Origin: Nitrosopumilaceae archaeon
GTDB lineage: Archaea; Thermoproteota; Nitrososphaeria; Nitrososphaerales; Nitrosopumilaceae
Length of the DNA: 64,000 bases
Direction: 5' to 3'
Assembly: GCA_965209085.1 (NCBI GenBank)
Contig: OZ242376.1
Coordinates: forward strand, 1,024,001-1,088,000
Within the stretch, counting starts at the first letter, position 1, and every line of letters begins with the position of its first letter. Below the pieces are notes generated by a model. The model had not been told where the DNA came from, did no database searches, and saw only the letters and a list, made by a program, of their open reading frames with translations. The translations under genes and the position numbers were made by a program. Below are positions 9,001-17,381 of this stretch, piece by piece.

Positions 9001-11440
9001 GTACAGTATTGCCAGATATTGCCGCATTTTTTACAACAGCGATAGCACTCGTGTTAGATATGCGAAAACTGTCAACTTTAAACTCAGTATCAGCTATAAT
9101 AGTTTCTGAAAATTCAATACTTAACGAGGTGTTTGATGCATGTGTAATGCTAGTTATTCTAGGAGCAACGCCGTCCTCTGCTGTGGTAGATACGTTAGTT
9201 GGAACTAGTTGTAATTGTATGTCTCCAGATACCGCATCTATAACAACGTTTGATGTTTTGGCAGTGTCTGTAGTATTGGTTTTTATTATAACATGAGGTA
9301 TGTTGTCATTATATCCTGCAAAAGAGAGTACATGCAGACCGCCTCGAGCGTTGAGATAATTGGCGCCGAGTACAATGTTTGGTGCACCGTTGGAATTTAA
9401 ATCTCCTAGTACAGCTATAGAACGTGCGATTTGAGAATTGCGTTGGAATTCAGTGTTGCGAGGTTCTAGAATTAAATCATCTATCGTTGCACTTGAAATT
9501 TCATAATACCCGTTTACAGATGTTCCGTTTGCTCCAAGGGATAATACATAAAATGCACCTGCAGTTTGAAAATTCGGAGTTTCGGGGGCAGATATTATCA
9601 TGTCGGTGTAGCCATCACCATTTATATCATTTAGTTTTGCTATGGATGACCCAAAAGCAACTGCTGGGCCAAAATCAGGTGGAAAATTTGAACCATGTAT
9701 ATTCATTCTACTAATATCTAGTATAGTTTCTCCGCGTTCACCTAGATGTATTGTGTATATAAAACTGTCCTTAGTTGCAGAATCGATGCTAGTTATCATG
9801 ACATCCGTATATCCATCATGGTTTAGATCACCCATGTTTTCAACAGCTACTCCAATAAGGGTCTCAGGGTGGTTTGGAAATGATGGAACTTGACTCTGTA
9901 TTACAGATAAATTATATTCAATTGTCTTTATCGGGAGACCATCACTGCCAAGATGCATGATGAAAAAAGAACCAACAACTATGGATGTATTTATACCGTT
10001 TTCAATGATAAAAGCAGGTGTGTTTATAGCTGAAACTAGAATGTCTTGTATTCCATCAGTATTTAGATCACCCATGTTTGTAATAGCAGTACCAAAGCCT
10101 AGACCGTTGTGTATTGTACTGTTAATATCGGCATATCCTAACACGCTAGAACCGTTTGGTCCAAGAAACAGCACGTACACAGAACCAAAAGCATCACCAT
10201 CAACCCGTACAGCACTGGCACCTACGGCGATATCCGTAAAGCCGTCACCGTTTATGTCGCCCAAATTTTCTAGAGATAAACCAAATCTTGAACCCAAGGT
10301 AGTATTATCGATTTTTGATAGTTCTGGCATATTTTCAGAGTCGCCGTCAAATAAAAATACGTCCAAAATAGACTCGGCATTTTCTCCCAAATGTACTATT
10401 GCTACGGCCCCACCCGCAGATGACTCACTTGCGTGTTTTGGTATTCCTACCATGATATCCTCGTATCCATCATCATTGATGTCACCCAAAGGAGATACAG
10501 CATATCCAAAATCATCATAGTATTTTATAAATTCTAAACCTGGCGTCGTACTGTCAAAAGTTGTTATTGATTTTATTTGTCCAGATATAGCCGCAGATTT
10601 CACACTTGCGCCATCCACTGTTATAGCAGAAGTCAAGGTGTTGTTTCCACTAAAAAAAGCATGCTGGTTGGTATTAAATCTCAACAAAATTGTTTCATTG
10701 TCGACATGTTTTGCACTAGCGGTTAACGAAGGGTCTTGTACGAACACCGTTCTAGTTTTACTAAAGGGTACATTTCCTGCGCCATCATTAGGTGCGGTAT
10801 ATTCCACAATAAACGTACCTATTGTACCAGTTGTTATAGATGAAGAATTGTCAGTTATTGTACCAGAATAAAGCGGATCACCATCAATTGCACTAGCTCC
10901 AAATTCCGTATAAGATTCACCCTGTGTAACGAATACGCCAAATGGACCGTTTAATGTTATGACAGGTATGCGTTTATCCACAAATACTGGCGTCGTACCT
11001 TGTGAAAGATTTTCTTCAGATAATGATATGTCTCCAGAGTTACTGGATACGTTTATTTCGAAATTTGCATAACCGTCAGGATCAGTTTCCAATATGGTTA
11101 TTGTGGCATTGAGTTCATTACCCAAAACTGATACGGTGGCATATTTACCATGTATTGTCGCCGTGGCATTATAATGCAACGTTTCATTCGCTTTAAAGTT
11201 TACAGTGATAGTATCGCCAGCATTGGCATATGCTGGATTTGTATTATTACTACTAGTTGTAATATTACCCGTTACCGGTTCGGTTAATGTTATAATGGGT
11301 AATGATAATGGTTGGTTTTCTTGATCACCAGCACCAAAAGTTAATTCTGCTGCTGCAACATCCTGGACATCATATGCAAAAGGGGAAATAAATGGTAAAG
11401 GCGACAACAACACTAGTGCAAATATTGCAACTGCATACAT
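1..11440 (-). CDS. Giant secreted/surface protein (>3813 aa, runs off the left edge): signal peptide, Ig-like/DUF5011-like repeats, FG-GAP (integrin-alpha-like) repeats, LVIVD-like repeats
   Basis: Manual translation from ATG 11440 gives MYAVAIFALVLLSPLPFISPFAYDVQDVAAAE. The same frame reads TNGVQIIDV at the left edge. The track lists no minus-strand ORF here, consistent with no in-frame stop. Motifs: FGYAVSPLGDINDDGYEDIMVG, LENLGDINGDGFTDIAVGA (FG-GAP); PVITLNG...YTAPxDxAGN (DUF5011-like); GVQIINITDPYNPSP (LVIVD-like). Confidence 0.9.
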   Translation of the reverse strand, partial: MYAVAIFALVLLSPLPFISPFAYDVQDVAAAELTFGAGDQENQPLSLPIITLTEPVTGNITTSSNNTNPAYANAGDTITVNFKANETLHYNATATIHGKYATVSVLGNELNATITILETDPDGYANFEINVSSNSGDISLSEENLSQGTTPVFVDKRIPVITLNGPFGVFVTQGESYTEFGASAIDGDPLYSGTITDNSSSITTGTIGTFIVEYTAPNDGAGNVPFSKTRTVFVQDPSLTASAKHVDNETILLRFNTNQHAFFSGNNTLTSAITVDGASVKSAAISGQIKSITTFDSTTPGLEFIKYYDDFGYAVSPLGDINDDGYEDIMVGIPKHASESSAGGAVAIVHLGENAESILDVFLFDGDSENMPELSKIDNTTLGSRFGLSLENLGDINGDGFTDIAVGASAVRVDGDAFGSVYVLFLGPNGSSVLGYADINSTIHNGLGFGTAITNMGDLNTDGIQDILVSAINTPAFIIENGINTSIVVGSFFIMHLGSDGLPIKTIEYNLSVIQSQVPSFPNHPETLIGVAVENMGDLNHDGYTDVMITSIDSATKDSFIYTIHLGERGETILDISRMNIHGSNFPPDFGPAVAFGSSIAKLNDINGDGYTDMIISAPETPNFQTAGAFYVLSLGANGTSVNGYYEISSATIDDLILEPRNTEFQRNSQIARSIAVLGDLNSNGAPNIVLGANYLNARGGLHVLSFAGYNDNIPHVIIKTNTTDTAKTSNVVIDAVSGDIQLQLVPTNVSTTAEDGVAPRITSITHASNTSLSIEFSETIIADTEFKVDSFRISNTSAIAVVKNAAISGNTVLLNTTVLSSVDTPLIEILDSVIKDGSGNSIEYTAHTVPDTVGPYPINAFWGYDGGSTNIFLTMILLSDDNIVTFDVSGYTINDKKPAHITPVYGYLGIQFNGNPADPLPFVFNQSNLDLILAPRENFVDNLQNIALKNFTIKVDQTLLPARILRAETGDGNKIILTLSKNMADVETTDFTLSDSLSLQSASVERNKIILVTTDQLPSDSTPIITISGNISDTNIGIPRYQPSNITIGTTITVSDGIRPTITSAEYDNYYNLNISYSEPIRKDLISEEDFEITFIDLVQGVGSKDVTQRVITSITTSNDNLSTSLTFDRKLQPNSTLQMSGLMRDITGLAMLKEQITISDTTPPFMSSARTLDTTSIEITFNEDISSTNLNANDFSIDSGSISAIAATVLNNVVRIETDPITADATPVITLIGSVSDIVGNIANSGSVTATDAIAPSLNSLSITSDNINSAFAKSSDTITLTLVANEPVSFLNGHILGKTPQTNVPGNTITASVNIDENTSNGPSVFAITISDGAGNTKTVTELDITASNVNIDTQSPVITLIGSSDKSLTLDATYIDDGSLVTDNDPNYVQTSATVSENINSAVLGASYLVTYSAQADSAGNIPENQTRSVTIVNADPINVTSLSITSSSGTNYANAGKIITLTLTTDGSDLGNIAGTLLGRSFTNTTNGGVATFTVTVQSGDTNENATFSITVTNSSGNQISVTNADITDSSHVTIDTTAPSITLNGENNTIVATNSPYTDPGATATDASYATSSVQVSGTGTVDIATADNYTLTYTAPVDPAGNTGSTITRNVIVQDTLPIDITAFTITTANTNKSYAKAGDRLTLELTVNDTITTYTGQILNTNPDTLFAETYITLLAFLNTPNNATESNATFTFTVTNINGTTLTVTEDNLTGPNVFVDTIPPNITLIGSANGTIVLGSTYADPGATAKDGDPNYSGTYTATVNPPLDTSILGAVFVYTYTADADNAGNLGDSISRTVTVVDVKPINVTSLSIASSSGNNFANAGKIITLTLDTDGSDLGNFTGSLLDRSFTNTTNGGVATFTVTVQSGDTNENATFSITMTNSSGNQISVTNANITDRSYVTIDTTAPSITLNGANNTIVIRNQPYEDPNATASDASYATDSVQVSGTGNLDITTNAIYTLTYTAPDDPAGNIGPVITRTVTVQDAPPIKINILTFTSSNQNTQYAKAGDVLTLTLVINDTITSDTVQIQNGSLTTNSSSSSTLAASRVIPTSTIESNATFTITVTNANGVTLTVTENDLTGSNVFVDTIPPNITLIGPADSGIVLDSEYTDPGATAKDGDPNYSGTYNTTINGTFSTAIPGAIYEYTYTAHDDNAGNPGDNTTRIVRIVDVDPINVTLLTIKSSSGTNYANAGKIITLTLATDGSDLGNFTGTLLGRSSTNTTNGGNATFTVTVQLGDTNENATFSITVTNSSGNQISIITTDTTDGSFVTIDTIKPVIVLTGGAGSVFQGETYQDPGTTISDSNNASYAGSVSNTSLNTAILGPQNITYTGTADVAGNEPDQQTRTVTVFAKPLGLNSLTIESNNVNTSFAKDGDVIIVTLATNGTIDYIVGTIANNPVAYTVTGNNASATVTVAGTFVDTASVTFLITAYNEDNSTFTTFTNRDLTGSNIAIDTTAPSITLNGENNTRVATNSPYTDPGATATDASYATSSVQVSGAGNVNTAIVGNYTLTYTAPDDPAGNTGSTITRNVIVQDTLPIGITEFTITSFNTNKSYAKAGDRLDLELTVNYTIITYTGQILNTDPDTQFITSGNDRQLFADLNTPNNATESNATFTFTVTNINGTTLTVTEDNLTGPNVFVDTIPPNITLIGSANGTIVLGSTYADPGATAKDGDPNYSGTYTATVNPPLDTSILGAVFVYTYTADADNAGNLGDSISRTVTVVETEPITINSLSIASSSGTNYANAGKIITLTLVTDGSDLGNITGTLLGRELVNDTTGGSAEFTATVVSGDDGNATFSITVTNSSGNQISISNIDIKDGSYVTIDTIKPEISLLGTENITLARGANFIDLGAIASDASYENIIVYSNDTVNTNTIGTYTLNYTAPADGAGNLGNTISRTVNVLDVPPLDLEFQSISPSGKLTRGVDFSSDYTFNSIDPFKINDKTYALVTNGFNTNNDFFILDITNPALPSVISEQNIGSFITHDSAILTVDGLPYGIMSTFTSRVNIYNLSNPASPSVLRSIDGGSLYPTVNSPTGVTTIKIGSTPYILISSQNTDKGVQIVNATFPDSLKHVSNIVDGTTYPVLDGAQGITTVTIGSSQYALVAASVDNGVQIINITDPYNPSPASSVTDGTLYPELDGAWDVTTIAIDGSTYALVAAKTDNGVQIINITDPYNPSPVSSVTDGIDGYDTLNAPLSIVAKQIGLSTYAFVASNGDNGIQVIDITDPQNPLPAYNIADDTSGYTNLNGTSDIALARINDLTYVLVTSLYDGLQIISVRSSAVISTTSNPDQSYAKAGDTLGIAFTVNDTISSHAGQILELTPNATITGTNYNATVTVPATPVESNITFAIQVVNAEGTTLFVTESAIPQNSRIFIDTIAPEISLIGNSSFMVPLNSIDPSIPGVIITDGDPNYPYTFTTVIIGTLDTSVINSTVTYTYTAAADGAGNAGPSITRTVTVSNSLQTLVTSLGISGTGSDNFARAGQTVSLTLVLDSFDPTSVSGTLFGTNATPVISGNTVTLSATISDQSPNGDAMFTILLENARGNILYVTNSEITDNSYVTIDTIRPAISLRGTDNVNVAKGAIFTDPGAIASDASYENIIVYSSDTVNTNTIGTYTLTYAAPADVAGNPGNTISRTVNVLNVAQLALETKLIHSPSGILTKGTDFSTNIPPTTINLFETSGKTYALLTEGSSAAWIIADVTNPALPSIVFNNTGFIPAYKTSIFTIDNTQYAIAAGGIGNTSILDISSPASPSVIATLVNGTEYPRLYNAQSVTTVTIGASTFALFASASPTNGVQIIDV
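3241..3611. repeat. Intragenic direct repeat, copy 1 (copy 2 at 6016-6386, offset 2775)
   Basis: About 370 bp that appear identical by eye; the shadow ORFs 3346..3528 and 6121..6303 translate identically. Confidence 0.9.
6016..6386. repeat. Intragenic direct repeat, copy 2
   Basis: Matches 3241-3611. Confidence 0.9.
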
Positions 11441-11614
11441 ATTGAATTATCACGATAATGTGTATATAAACATACGTGATTGATCAGGAGTCCCAATTGT
11501 GATCCATTTTCCAAAGTTTTCCTTAAACCCATGATAAATTCAAACAGATCAATATGGACGTATTTTGATGATTTATTGGAGTGAAAACATGTAAGCAAGT
11601 CTGATGCACTTGAA

Positions 11615-12145
11615 GTGTTGGCAAACCCATATCAGGACAGATGGTGTTATCTGTTTAACGTCCTTGATGCATTCACACGCGAATGGGTCAGATATGCGTT
11701 TGAGTCAAGAGCTATTACCGACGGTGCAATTGCAGCATTAACTGTAACCTTGGCATCCAAGAAACCGGACTGCTCAAAGCTTGTTTTAAGAACCGACAAC
11801 GGTTCCCAGTATATTTTAGCGCAATTTGTCAAGGCTGTAAAGCATACGGTGTGAGGTAAGAATTCATCCACTATCATACGCTAGAGCAAAATGCTCATGT
11901 GGAATCCTTTCACAAGAGTTTCAAGATAGAGTATGTCCGGCCGCGCGACTTGAGACGTTCCAGGATGCCAAAGCTGCAACATTATACGCCTTTGAGGATT
12001 ACAATCAGAACCGGGTACACTCTGCAATAGGATACGCAACGCCATCAGAATTTGGCACCGCACGGAGGGCAATGATAAAAATGAGCCATCAGATCCTATC
12101 ATTTTTAATGCAAAAATTGTTCTCATTGTACGGGGGTCCGCACCA
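11615..12145 (+). pseudogene. IS3-family transposase (integrase core) remnant with probable right end
   Basis: WCYLFNVLDAFTREW...LVLRTDNGSQY, then a frameshifted NAHVESFHKSFKIE. Ends in ...GGGGGTCCGCACCA, resembling an IS3 terminus. Confidence 0.75.
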
Positions 12146-12427
12146 TTATACAATCAAACAAAAACCATTCAAAATACAGTATGCTCCAAAACAAGATGGA
12201 CGTATTTGCATATTCTTTTACAGTACGCAGTTGCATAACTTTTGATCGGACATCTTAGAATACGTGTTTTATACATGCAAAATGTAGTATAAACACACGC
12301 AAAAGTTCGTGAGCTAAAAATCACCTTCATACAATAATATGGTGATGATAAAACCCGCACGAGTTTTTAATCGTCGTCATGTTTGATAGAATTCCCACAT
12401 CAGATTCAATCAAAGCTTGTGCAGACG

Positions 12428-12720
12428 CTAAGCGATATTGCAAAATGTGTTGTATGCTGATACTTTTATTCGAATCTCCTGGACAATATTATCCCATTTC
12501 TTAGAGTATACAGATTCGCCAAAGATTTTCTTAAACGTTGAAAAGACTATCTCTGTTATCCATCTCTGTCAATAATGCACACGTTTTTTCCACTTGGTTC
12601 TATTGTGCATCATCTCATCTTTGCATATGTGCATTATGTGTAGTCGATCTTTTCATCCATCGAGCTGATCCCGTACTGTTGAATTGCGTGCAAATCCTCC
12701 AGCCCTTAACCCAGAGTTTA
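12428..12720 (-). pseudogene. IS5-family transposase C-terminal remnant
   Basis: Manual translation RNSTVRDQL...KWKKRVHY*QRWITEIVFSTFKKIFGESVYSKKWDNIVQEIRIKVSAYN resembles the C-terminus of the transposase at 56784..57596. Upstream boundary is approximate. Confidence 0.7.
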
Positions 12721-13066
12721 TGCAAACTTGTTCTTGCATCCACTCTCAGGTATGCAAACGTGTGGAATACATGCCTGAAATCAACTAGCAAAAATCCAAA
12801 CGTTCGGACATTTTATTTTTCATATTCACTAGCAGCGCATAATGCACAAGTTTACTGGAGTTATCTGATTGGATGTAAATCTCATAATTGGAGCAGCAGG
12901 CCGAGAATAAATCAAATGGTATTCAAAGTCATACGTTTGTACACCTTTATGTCATAAGAGCAGACTGCCGCCGGAACCAGAGTTGCCTTTGGTGCAATTG
13001 AGACTATTGGTCAAGATTACCATAGTTCATAACGCTTAAGACGCTCTAGCCGTGTTTTGTTTATGT

Positions 13067-13963
13067 ATGGATTGGGGAATGGAGAATCGTCTAGCGCGCA
13101 TAATAAAACCCATAGATGGTAAGGCAGTCATGCTTGCAGTGGATCACGGATATTTCCTTGGACCCACCGAGAAATTGGAGAATCCCAGAAAAACCGTAGA
13201 ACCTCTTGTAAAATATTGCGATTCACTCATGCTTACGCGTGGCGTGCAACGTTCGTGTATAGATGCAAGACATCCGGTTCCAATAGTTTTGCGCGTATCA
13301 GGCGGCAGCAGTATAATAGGCGATGATCTTTCAAACGAAGATATTGTAACGAGTGTTAAAGAGGCCGTACGGCTCAATGCCAGTGCGCTTGCCATGTCCA
13401 TATTTGTGGGCTCAAAATACGAACACAGGACAATTGTAAATCTAGGCAAACTAGTCAACGAGGCTGAAGAGTACAACATTCCAGTACTAGCCGTAACTGC
13501 AGTTGGAAAAGAGATGGCAAGGGATGCACGGTATCTTTCACTTGCGTGCAGAATTGCAGCAGAACAGGGGGCACGCATAGTCAAGACATATCACTGTGAA
13601 GATTTTTCCAAAGTTGTAAATTCGTGTCCGGTACCGGTCATAATTGCCGGAGGAAAAAAGATACCGGAAAAAGACGCCCTTACTCTCACACATAATGCCA
13701 TAAAGTCTGGCGCCGTGGGAGTTGACATGGGTCGCAACATATGGCAATCGGAAAATCCAGTACCGATGATCCGCGCCGTGCGTGCCATAGTGCATTCAAA
13801 CCATACCGCAGAGCAGGCATACAAAATGTATGTAGAGTTGTGTAAAAATACAAACAAACCCAATGAAAATAAAGAAAGAAAACAGTTCAAGGGGAAAGAT
13901 CAGTATAAAAACAGACAAAATAACAAATCACATGCGTCAAATAAAAAACACAATCCGCGATAA
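13067..13963 (+). CDS. Class I aldolase, DhnA/LsrF family
   Basis: LAVDHGYFLGP, ARIVKTY (Schiff-base Lys), PVIIAGGKK, GVDMGRNIWQ; K/N-rich C-terminal tail. Confidence 0.85.
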   Translation: MDWGMENRLARIIKPIDGKAVMLAVDHGYFLGPTEKLENPRKTVEPLVKYCDSLMLTRGVQRSCIDARHPVPIVLRVSGGSSIIGDDLSNEDIVTSVKEAVRLNASALAMSIFVGSKYEHRTIVNLGKLVNEAEEYNIPVLAVTAVGKEMARDARYLSLACRIAAEQGARIVKTYHCEDFSKVVNSCPVPVIIAGGKKIPEKDALTLTHNAIKSGAVGVDMGRNIWQSENPVPMIRAVRAIVHSNHTAEQAYKMYVELCKNTNKPNENKERKQFKGKDQYKNRQNNKSHASNKKHNPR

Positions 13964-13987
13964 CTGAACAATCATCACGGTTTTTTC

Positions 13988-14497
13988 CTACAGGGCATCT
14001 TTTATCCCATATTGATCAAGAAGTATGAAAAGAGCATCCTTTGAATCAAGTTTTGTATAATCATCCAACAGCGAGGCGTTTAATTCAAAAAAAGTGTGTC
14101 CCCATTTCTGTCCTCCCAGTATAAGATGCGCCTGTTTGTGAAAACCCAGTATATACAAAGCTCCAGATATTGCTTCAGCTGTGGTCAGCTTGTTTAATTT
14201 TGAATAATTTACAGGATTGCCTGCAAAAAGTGGCGGCAGCCGTCTGTGCAATCCCGCCTTTTGCCGCTCAAATACGCCATCTGAGAGACGCCAAGAGCAA
14301 TCCACCGCGGTAATGGAGCGGGCACGTTTTTTATCTGCGGCAAGTAAGAACGCATCTGCAAACGGATTCAAAAGAAGTGTTGTATCTGCTGCATTTTTAA
14401 TTCGCTTTGCATTCCCGTCTCTTATCATTTTTGCAGCAGTACACTTGCGCGGATCATCCTGCTCGTACATTATTAGCCGAATATACACCAGTGCCAC
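13988..14497 (-). CDS. tsr3: 16S rRNA aminocarboxypropyltransferase Tsr3 (DUF367)
   Basis: DDPRKCTAAK, DCSW, RRLPPLFAGNPVNY, KLTTAEA, WGHTFFELN. Confidence 0.9.
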   Translation of the reverse strand: MALVYIRLIMYEQDDPRKCTAAKMIRDGNAKRIKNAADTTLLLNPFADAFLLAADKKRARSITAVDCSWRLSDGVFERQKAGLHRRLPPLFAGNPVNYSKLNKLTTAEAISGALYILGFHKQAHLILGGQKWGHTFFELNASLLDDYTKLDSKDALFILLDQYGIKDAL

Positions 14498-14506
14498 CTA
14501 TACCGT

Positions 14507-15544
14507 TTATTCCAATAGTGGTTTCCGTCCAACCAGTATCTTCATTGCCCCATCCCCGCTTCGCGCATGATCAAATGCTTTTTGTGAAACATCCAACAGG
14601 TATTTGTGGGTTATCAAAAGACTTGCGGGAATTTTCCCCGATGCTATAAGATTCAGTGATTCGGCAGTATCATTATCTGATGCTGCATAGCTGCTCAGTA
14701 TTTCAAGTTCCTTTGAATATACATATTCCATGTCAAGGTTTATGGCAGAGTTTTTTGATGGAACGCCAAACATCATTACTGTTCCGCCCTTTCTTGTCGA
14801 TTTTATCGCATCATGTAGCGCATCCATACTTCCGGTGGCCACTATGGATATATCAGAGCCGCGCCCGTCAGTGGAAGAGAAAATTTCATCATGTGCCAAA
14901 TCCATCTTTGAGAATCCTTTTGCAATACCGTGTTTTTGTGCAAAATCCGTCCGAAATTTGTTGGGATCAATGCATACAATCCCCCCCATACGGCGGTGTT
15001 TTGCAAGCATTGCGTGCAGTAATCCGGCAGGTCCTGCCCCATATATGGTGATAAAATCCCCATCATTTGCATTTATGCGCCCCCATGCGCGCACACAGCA
15101 TGCCAGCGGTTCTATCATCGCAGCATCATCAAATCCTACAGATTCTGGGAGTTGAAGTACCCCACCTCCCCGAACGTTCCATTCTGGAACCGCGTATTCT
15201 TCGGCCAGTCCGCACGGTTGCAGGTTTGATTTAGAGTAATGCTCACACAAAGTTTCAGATCCGCTCTTGCATAGGTGACATATCCGGCATGCAACATGAT
15301 GGTGCGTGAAAACCCTATCCCCCACGGATATATTCAAAACATCAGGGCCCACTTTCAGTACGGTTCCGGCCGGCTCATGGCCCAGTTTTGTAGACGGTTT
15401 TGAATAACTTCCAAAGACTTTTTCAACATCAGAACCGCATATGCCGCATGATTCCATACGTACCAGTATCCCCCCACTGCCAATTTCAGGGGCGGGCAAA
15501 TCTTTTACGGATACAAACCCGTCGTTTGCGACTGCCGCCATCAT
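14507..15544 (-). CDS. Zn-dependent medium-chain alcohol/polyol dehydrogenase
   Basis: CGICGSD, GHE, CxxCxxC...C structural Zn site, GAGPAG Rossmann motif. Start uncertain (track start 15601). Confidence 0.85.
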   Translation of the reverse strand: MMAAVANDGFVSVKDLPAPEIGSGGILVRMESCGICGSDVEKVFGSYSKPSTKLGHEPAGTVLKVGPDVLNISVGDRVFTHHHVACRICHLCKSGSETLCEHYSKSNLQPCGLAEEYAVPEWNVRGGGVLQLPESVGFDDAAMIEPLACCVRAWGRINANDGDFITIYGAGPAGLLHAMLAKHRRMGGIVCIDPNKFRTDFAQKHGIAKGFSKMDLAHDEIFSSTDGRGSDISIVATGSMDALHDAIKSTRKGGTVMMFGVPSKNSAINLDMEYVYSKELEILSSYAASDNDTAESLNLIASGKIPASLLITHKYLLDVSQKAFDHARSGDGAMKILVGRKPLLE

Positions 15545-15584
15545 GCCCGTATTGTGTGTTTTAGGTATAAGTAGATTCAGTCCC

Positions 15585-16712
15585 CTATGGGGTAGGGACA
15601 TTTTCAGGTGTTATTGCAGATGAGAGGTTTTCCTGCGGGCTGATTAGTTTGAGAATTTCATTGTTTAAGAGTGTTAATTTTAGCGAGTTTGTATCCAGTA
15701 TATCAGGGGGTATGTTTTGCAGTGGATTTTTCCAGTATGGATCGTTTAATTCTTTTATCGATAAAAGCAGCAGCGGGTTTGCATGTATGATTGATTCAGG
15801 ATAACAGTTTAACATGTGGCCGTTTTGTATTTTAATAAATTCCCAGTTTTGGCATGCGCCATCCTGTGCCAGATCAGTGTTGTCAAATTCCCAGTCAAAT
15901 CCGTTTCCTGCTGCTGCGTCAGGATATCCGTTGCCGCGCACCAGTAAAAGCTGCTCTGCTACATAATCAGCAGTGGTTTTTATCGACAGCGCTCCGGGGT
16001 ACAGATATACGACGTTTGGGTGCGAGGTTATCGCATCAAACATATTTTGTGTCGCATATTCATTGTGCAGCAATATTACCCGGCCATATTTTGATAGTAT
16101 TCCCGGATTTTTATCAATCTCAACATCTGTTATAAAGTCATAACCGAGTATTTTCAACACCTGATATGCTGTATTACCTTCAGCATACGCGCCATCATCA
16201 TCGTATATGATTTTAGATGAGATACAGTTTTCACATCCGCCCATGTAATGGTACGCCAATCCGCCGGGGGCGTACGCTGTGCGCGTAAAGGACGGATATA
16301 CTGCAATTGTGGAATTTTCAGTATTGCGAAGATACGAATAGATTGTATCAACATCATCGCGGGGTTTTATGGTTATCCTCGAATACGTATTGTTTGCGAT
16401 TTTTTCAGAAGTCTTACCGTACAGTTTGAATATTATTTGCGGTGCAGACAGGTCCACCAAATCATCTCCTGTAGGATGCGGCACATTTAGCGTATCGGAT
16501 TCAGGCAAACCGGATGACATTTGAAAAACCAATACTGCCACTACAATTACAACAGCTATTACACCCCCTGCAACTGCAATCATGCGTTTTTTATCAAAAG
16601 TCTGTTTTACGGGTGCAATCTCAGATGCCGGCACTTTTTGTACCGTATAGTGTTGTTGCTCTTTGGCGGATTTTTTTGCCTCGTATCGAAAACGTTTTGT
16701 CTTTTTTACCAT
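15585..16712 (-). CDS. Membrane-anchored hypothetical protein
   Basis: 375-aa ORF with a basic N-terminus, one TM helix (IAVAGGVIAVVIVVAVLVF) and a soluble domain. Confidence 0.7.
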   Translation of the reverse strand: MVKKTKRFRYEAKKSAKEQQHYTVQKVPASEIAPVKQTFDKKRMIAVAGGVIAVVIVVAVLVFQMSSGLPESDTLNVPHPTGDDLVDLSAPQIIFKLYGKTSEKIANNTYSRITIKPRDDVDTIYSYLRNTENSTIAVYPSFTRTAYAPGGLAYHYMGGCENCISSKIIYDDDGAYAEGNTAYQVLKILGYDFITDVEIDKNPGILSKYGRVILLHNEYATQNMFDAITSHPNVVYLYPGALSIKTTADYVAEQLLLVRGNGYPDAAAGNGFDWEFDNTDLAQDGACQNWEFIKIQNGHMLNCYPESIIHANPLLLLSIKELNDPYWKNPLQNIPPDILDTNSLKLTLLNNEILKLISPQENLSSAITPENVPTP

Positions 16713-16715
16713 TGC

Positions 16716-17009
16716 CTAAACGCCCAGTATCTTTTTTAGCATTGCCCGATAGTCCACCGTGGATTTTGTGCTGCCAACGGCAGGCAGTGAGAAAACAATG
16801 GTGGATTTTGCCGCCCGAAGTTTTGTCAGTTTGTCCGATATGGGATTTGAGACATCATCGCTTACCAGTACAAGGCCCACGTTTGAGTCCTCAGTTAAGG
16901 CGTTTATTTCACGGAATGCATCATCTGGCGTTTCTGAAATTATGCCAGAGACACCGGCGAGCTGAAAGCTTGTAACAAACGATCTGCTCCCCACGGTAAC
17001 GATTTTCAC
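16716..17009 (-). CDS. atpF: A/V-type ATP synthase subunit F
   Basis: GTG start; KIVTVGSRSFVTSFQLAGV...VGLVLVS...RAMLKKILGV. Confidence 0.85.
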   Translation of the reverse strand: MKIVTVGSRSFVTSFQLAGVSGIISETPDDAFREINALTEDSNVGLVLVSDDVSNPISDKLTKLRAAKSTIVFSLPAVGSTKSTVDYRAMLKKILGV

Positions 17010-17084
17010 ACATAGACTTGGCTTGTGTTGTAATTTAACCTTTTTTTGCAAACGTTGATTATACAGTCCCATTCATACACATAC

Positions 17085-17381
17085 ATGGAGATTGACGCAT
17101 CAAAGGACGTATACCTTTTTGTCCACGGCAGAAATGAGCTTGTGGATAAAGCCACAAAGGCGCTTGTTGCAAAAGGTTTCCAAGCTGAAAAAATTACAGA
17201 GGCGGATTCGCAGAAAACAGGCAATGTTGGCGATTATATGGCAATGTTATGGATGCCTCCAAATCCGGATCACATCAAAGTACAGCAGATAACTGGCGTG
17301 GATTCAAGCGTAGAGCCAAAGGGTATGACAGGCGCATGGACCGGTGTCTCAAAAAATGATCTTTTTACCGTCCAGCTGTAA
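17085..17381 (+). CDS. Hypothetical protein
   Basis: 98 aa from ATG 17085 (MEIDASKDVYLFVHGR), divergent from atpF. Confidence 0.65.
   Translation: MEIDASKDVYLFVHGRNELVDKATKALVAKGFQAEKITEADSQKTGNVGDYMAMLWMPPNPDHIKVQQITGVDSSVEPKGMTGAWTGVSKNDLFTVQL

Noticed and set aside
9-10871. Many plus-strand ORFs of 60-322 aa
   Set aside because: Antisense shadows of the giant minus-strand gene; no recognisable motifs.
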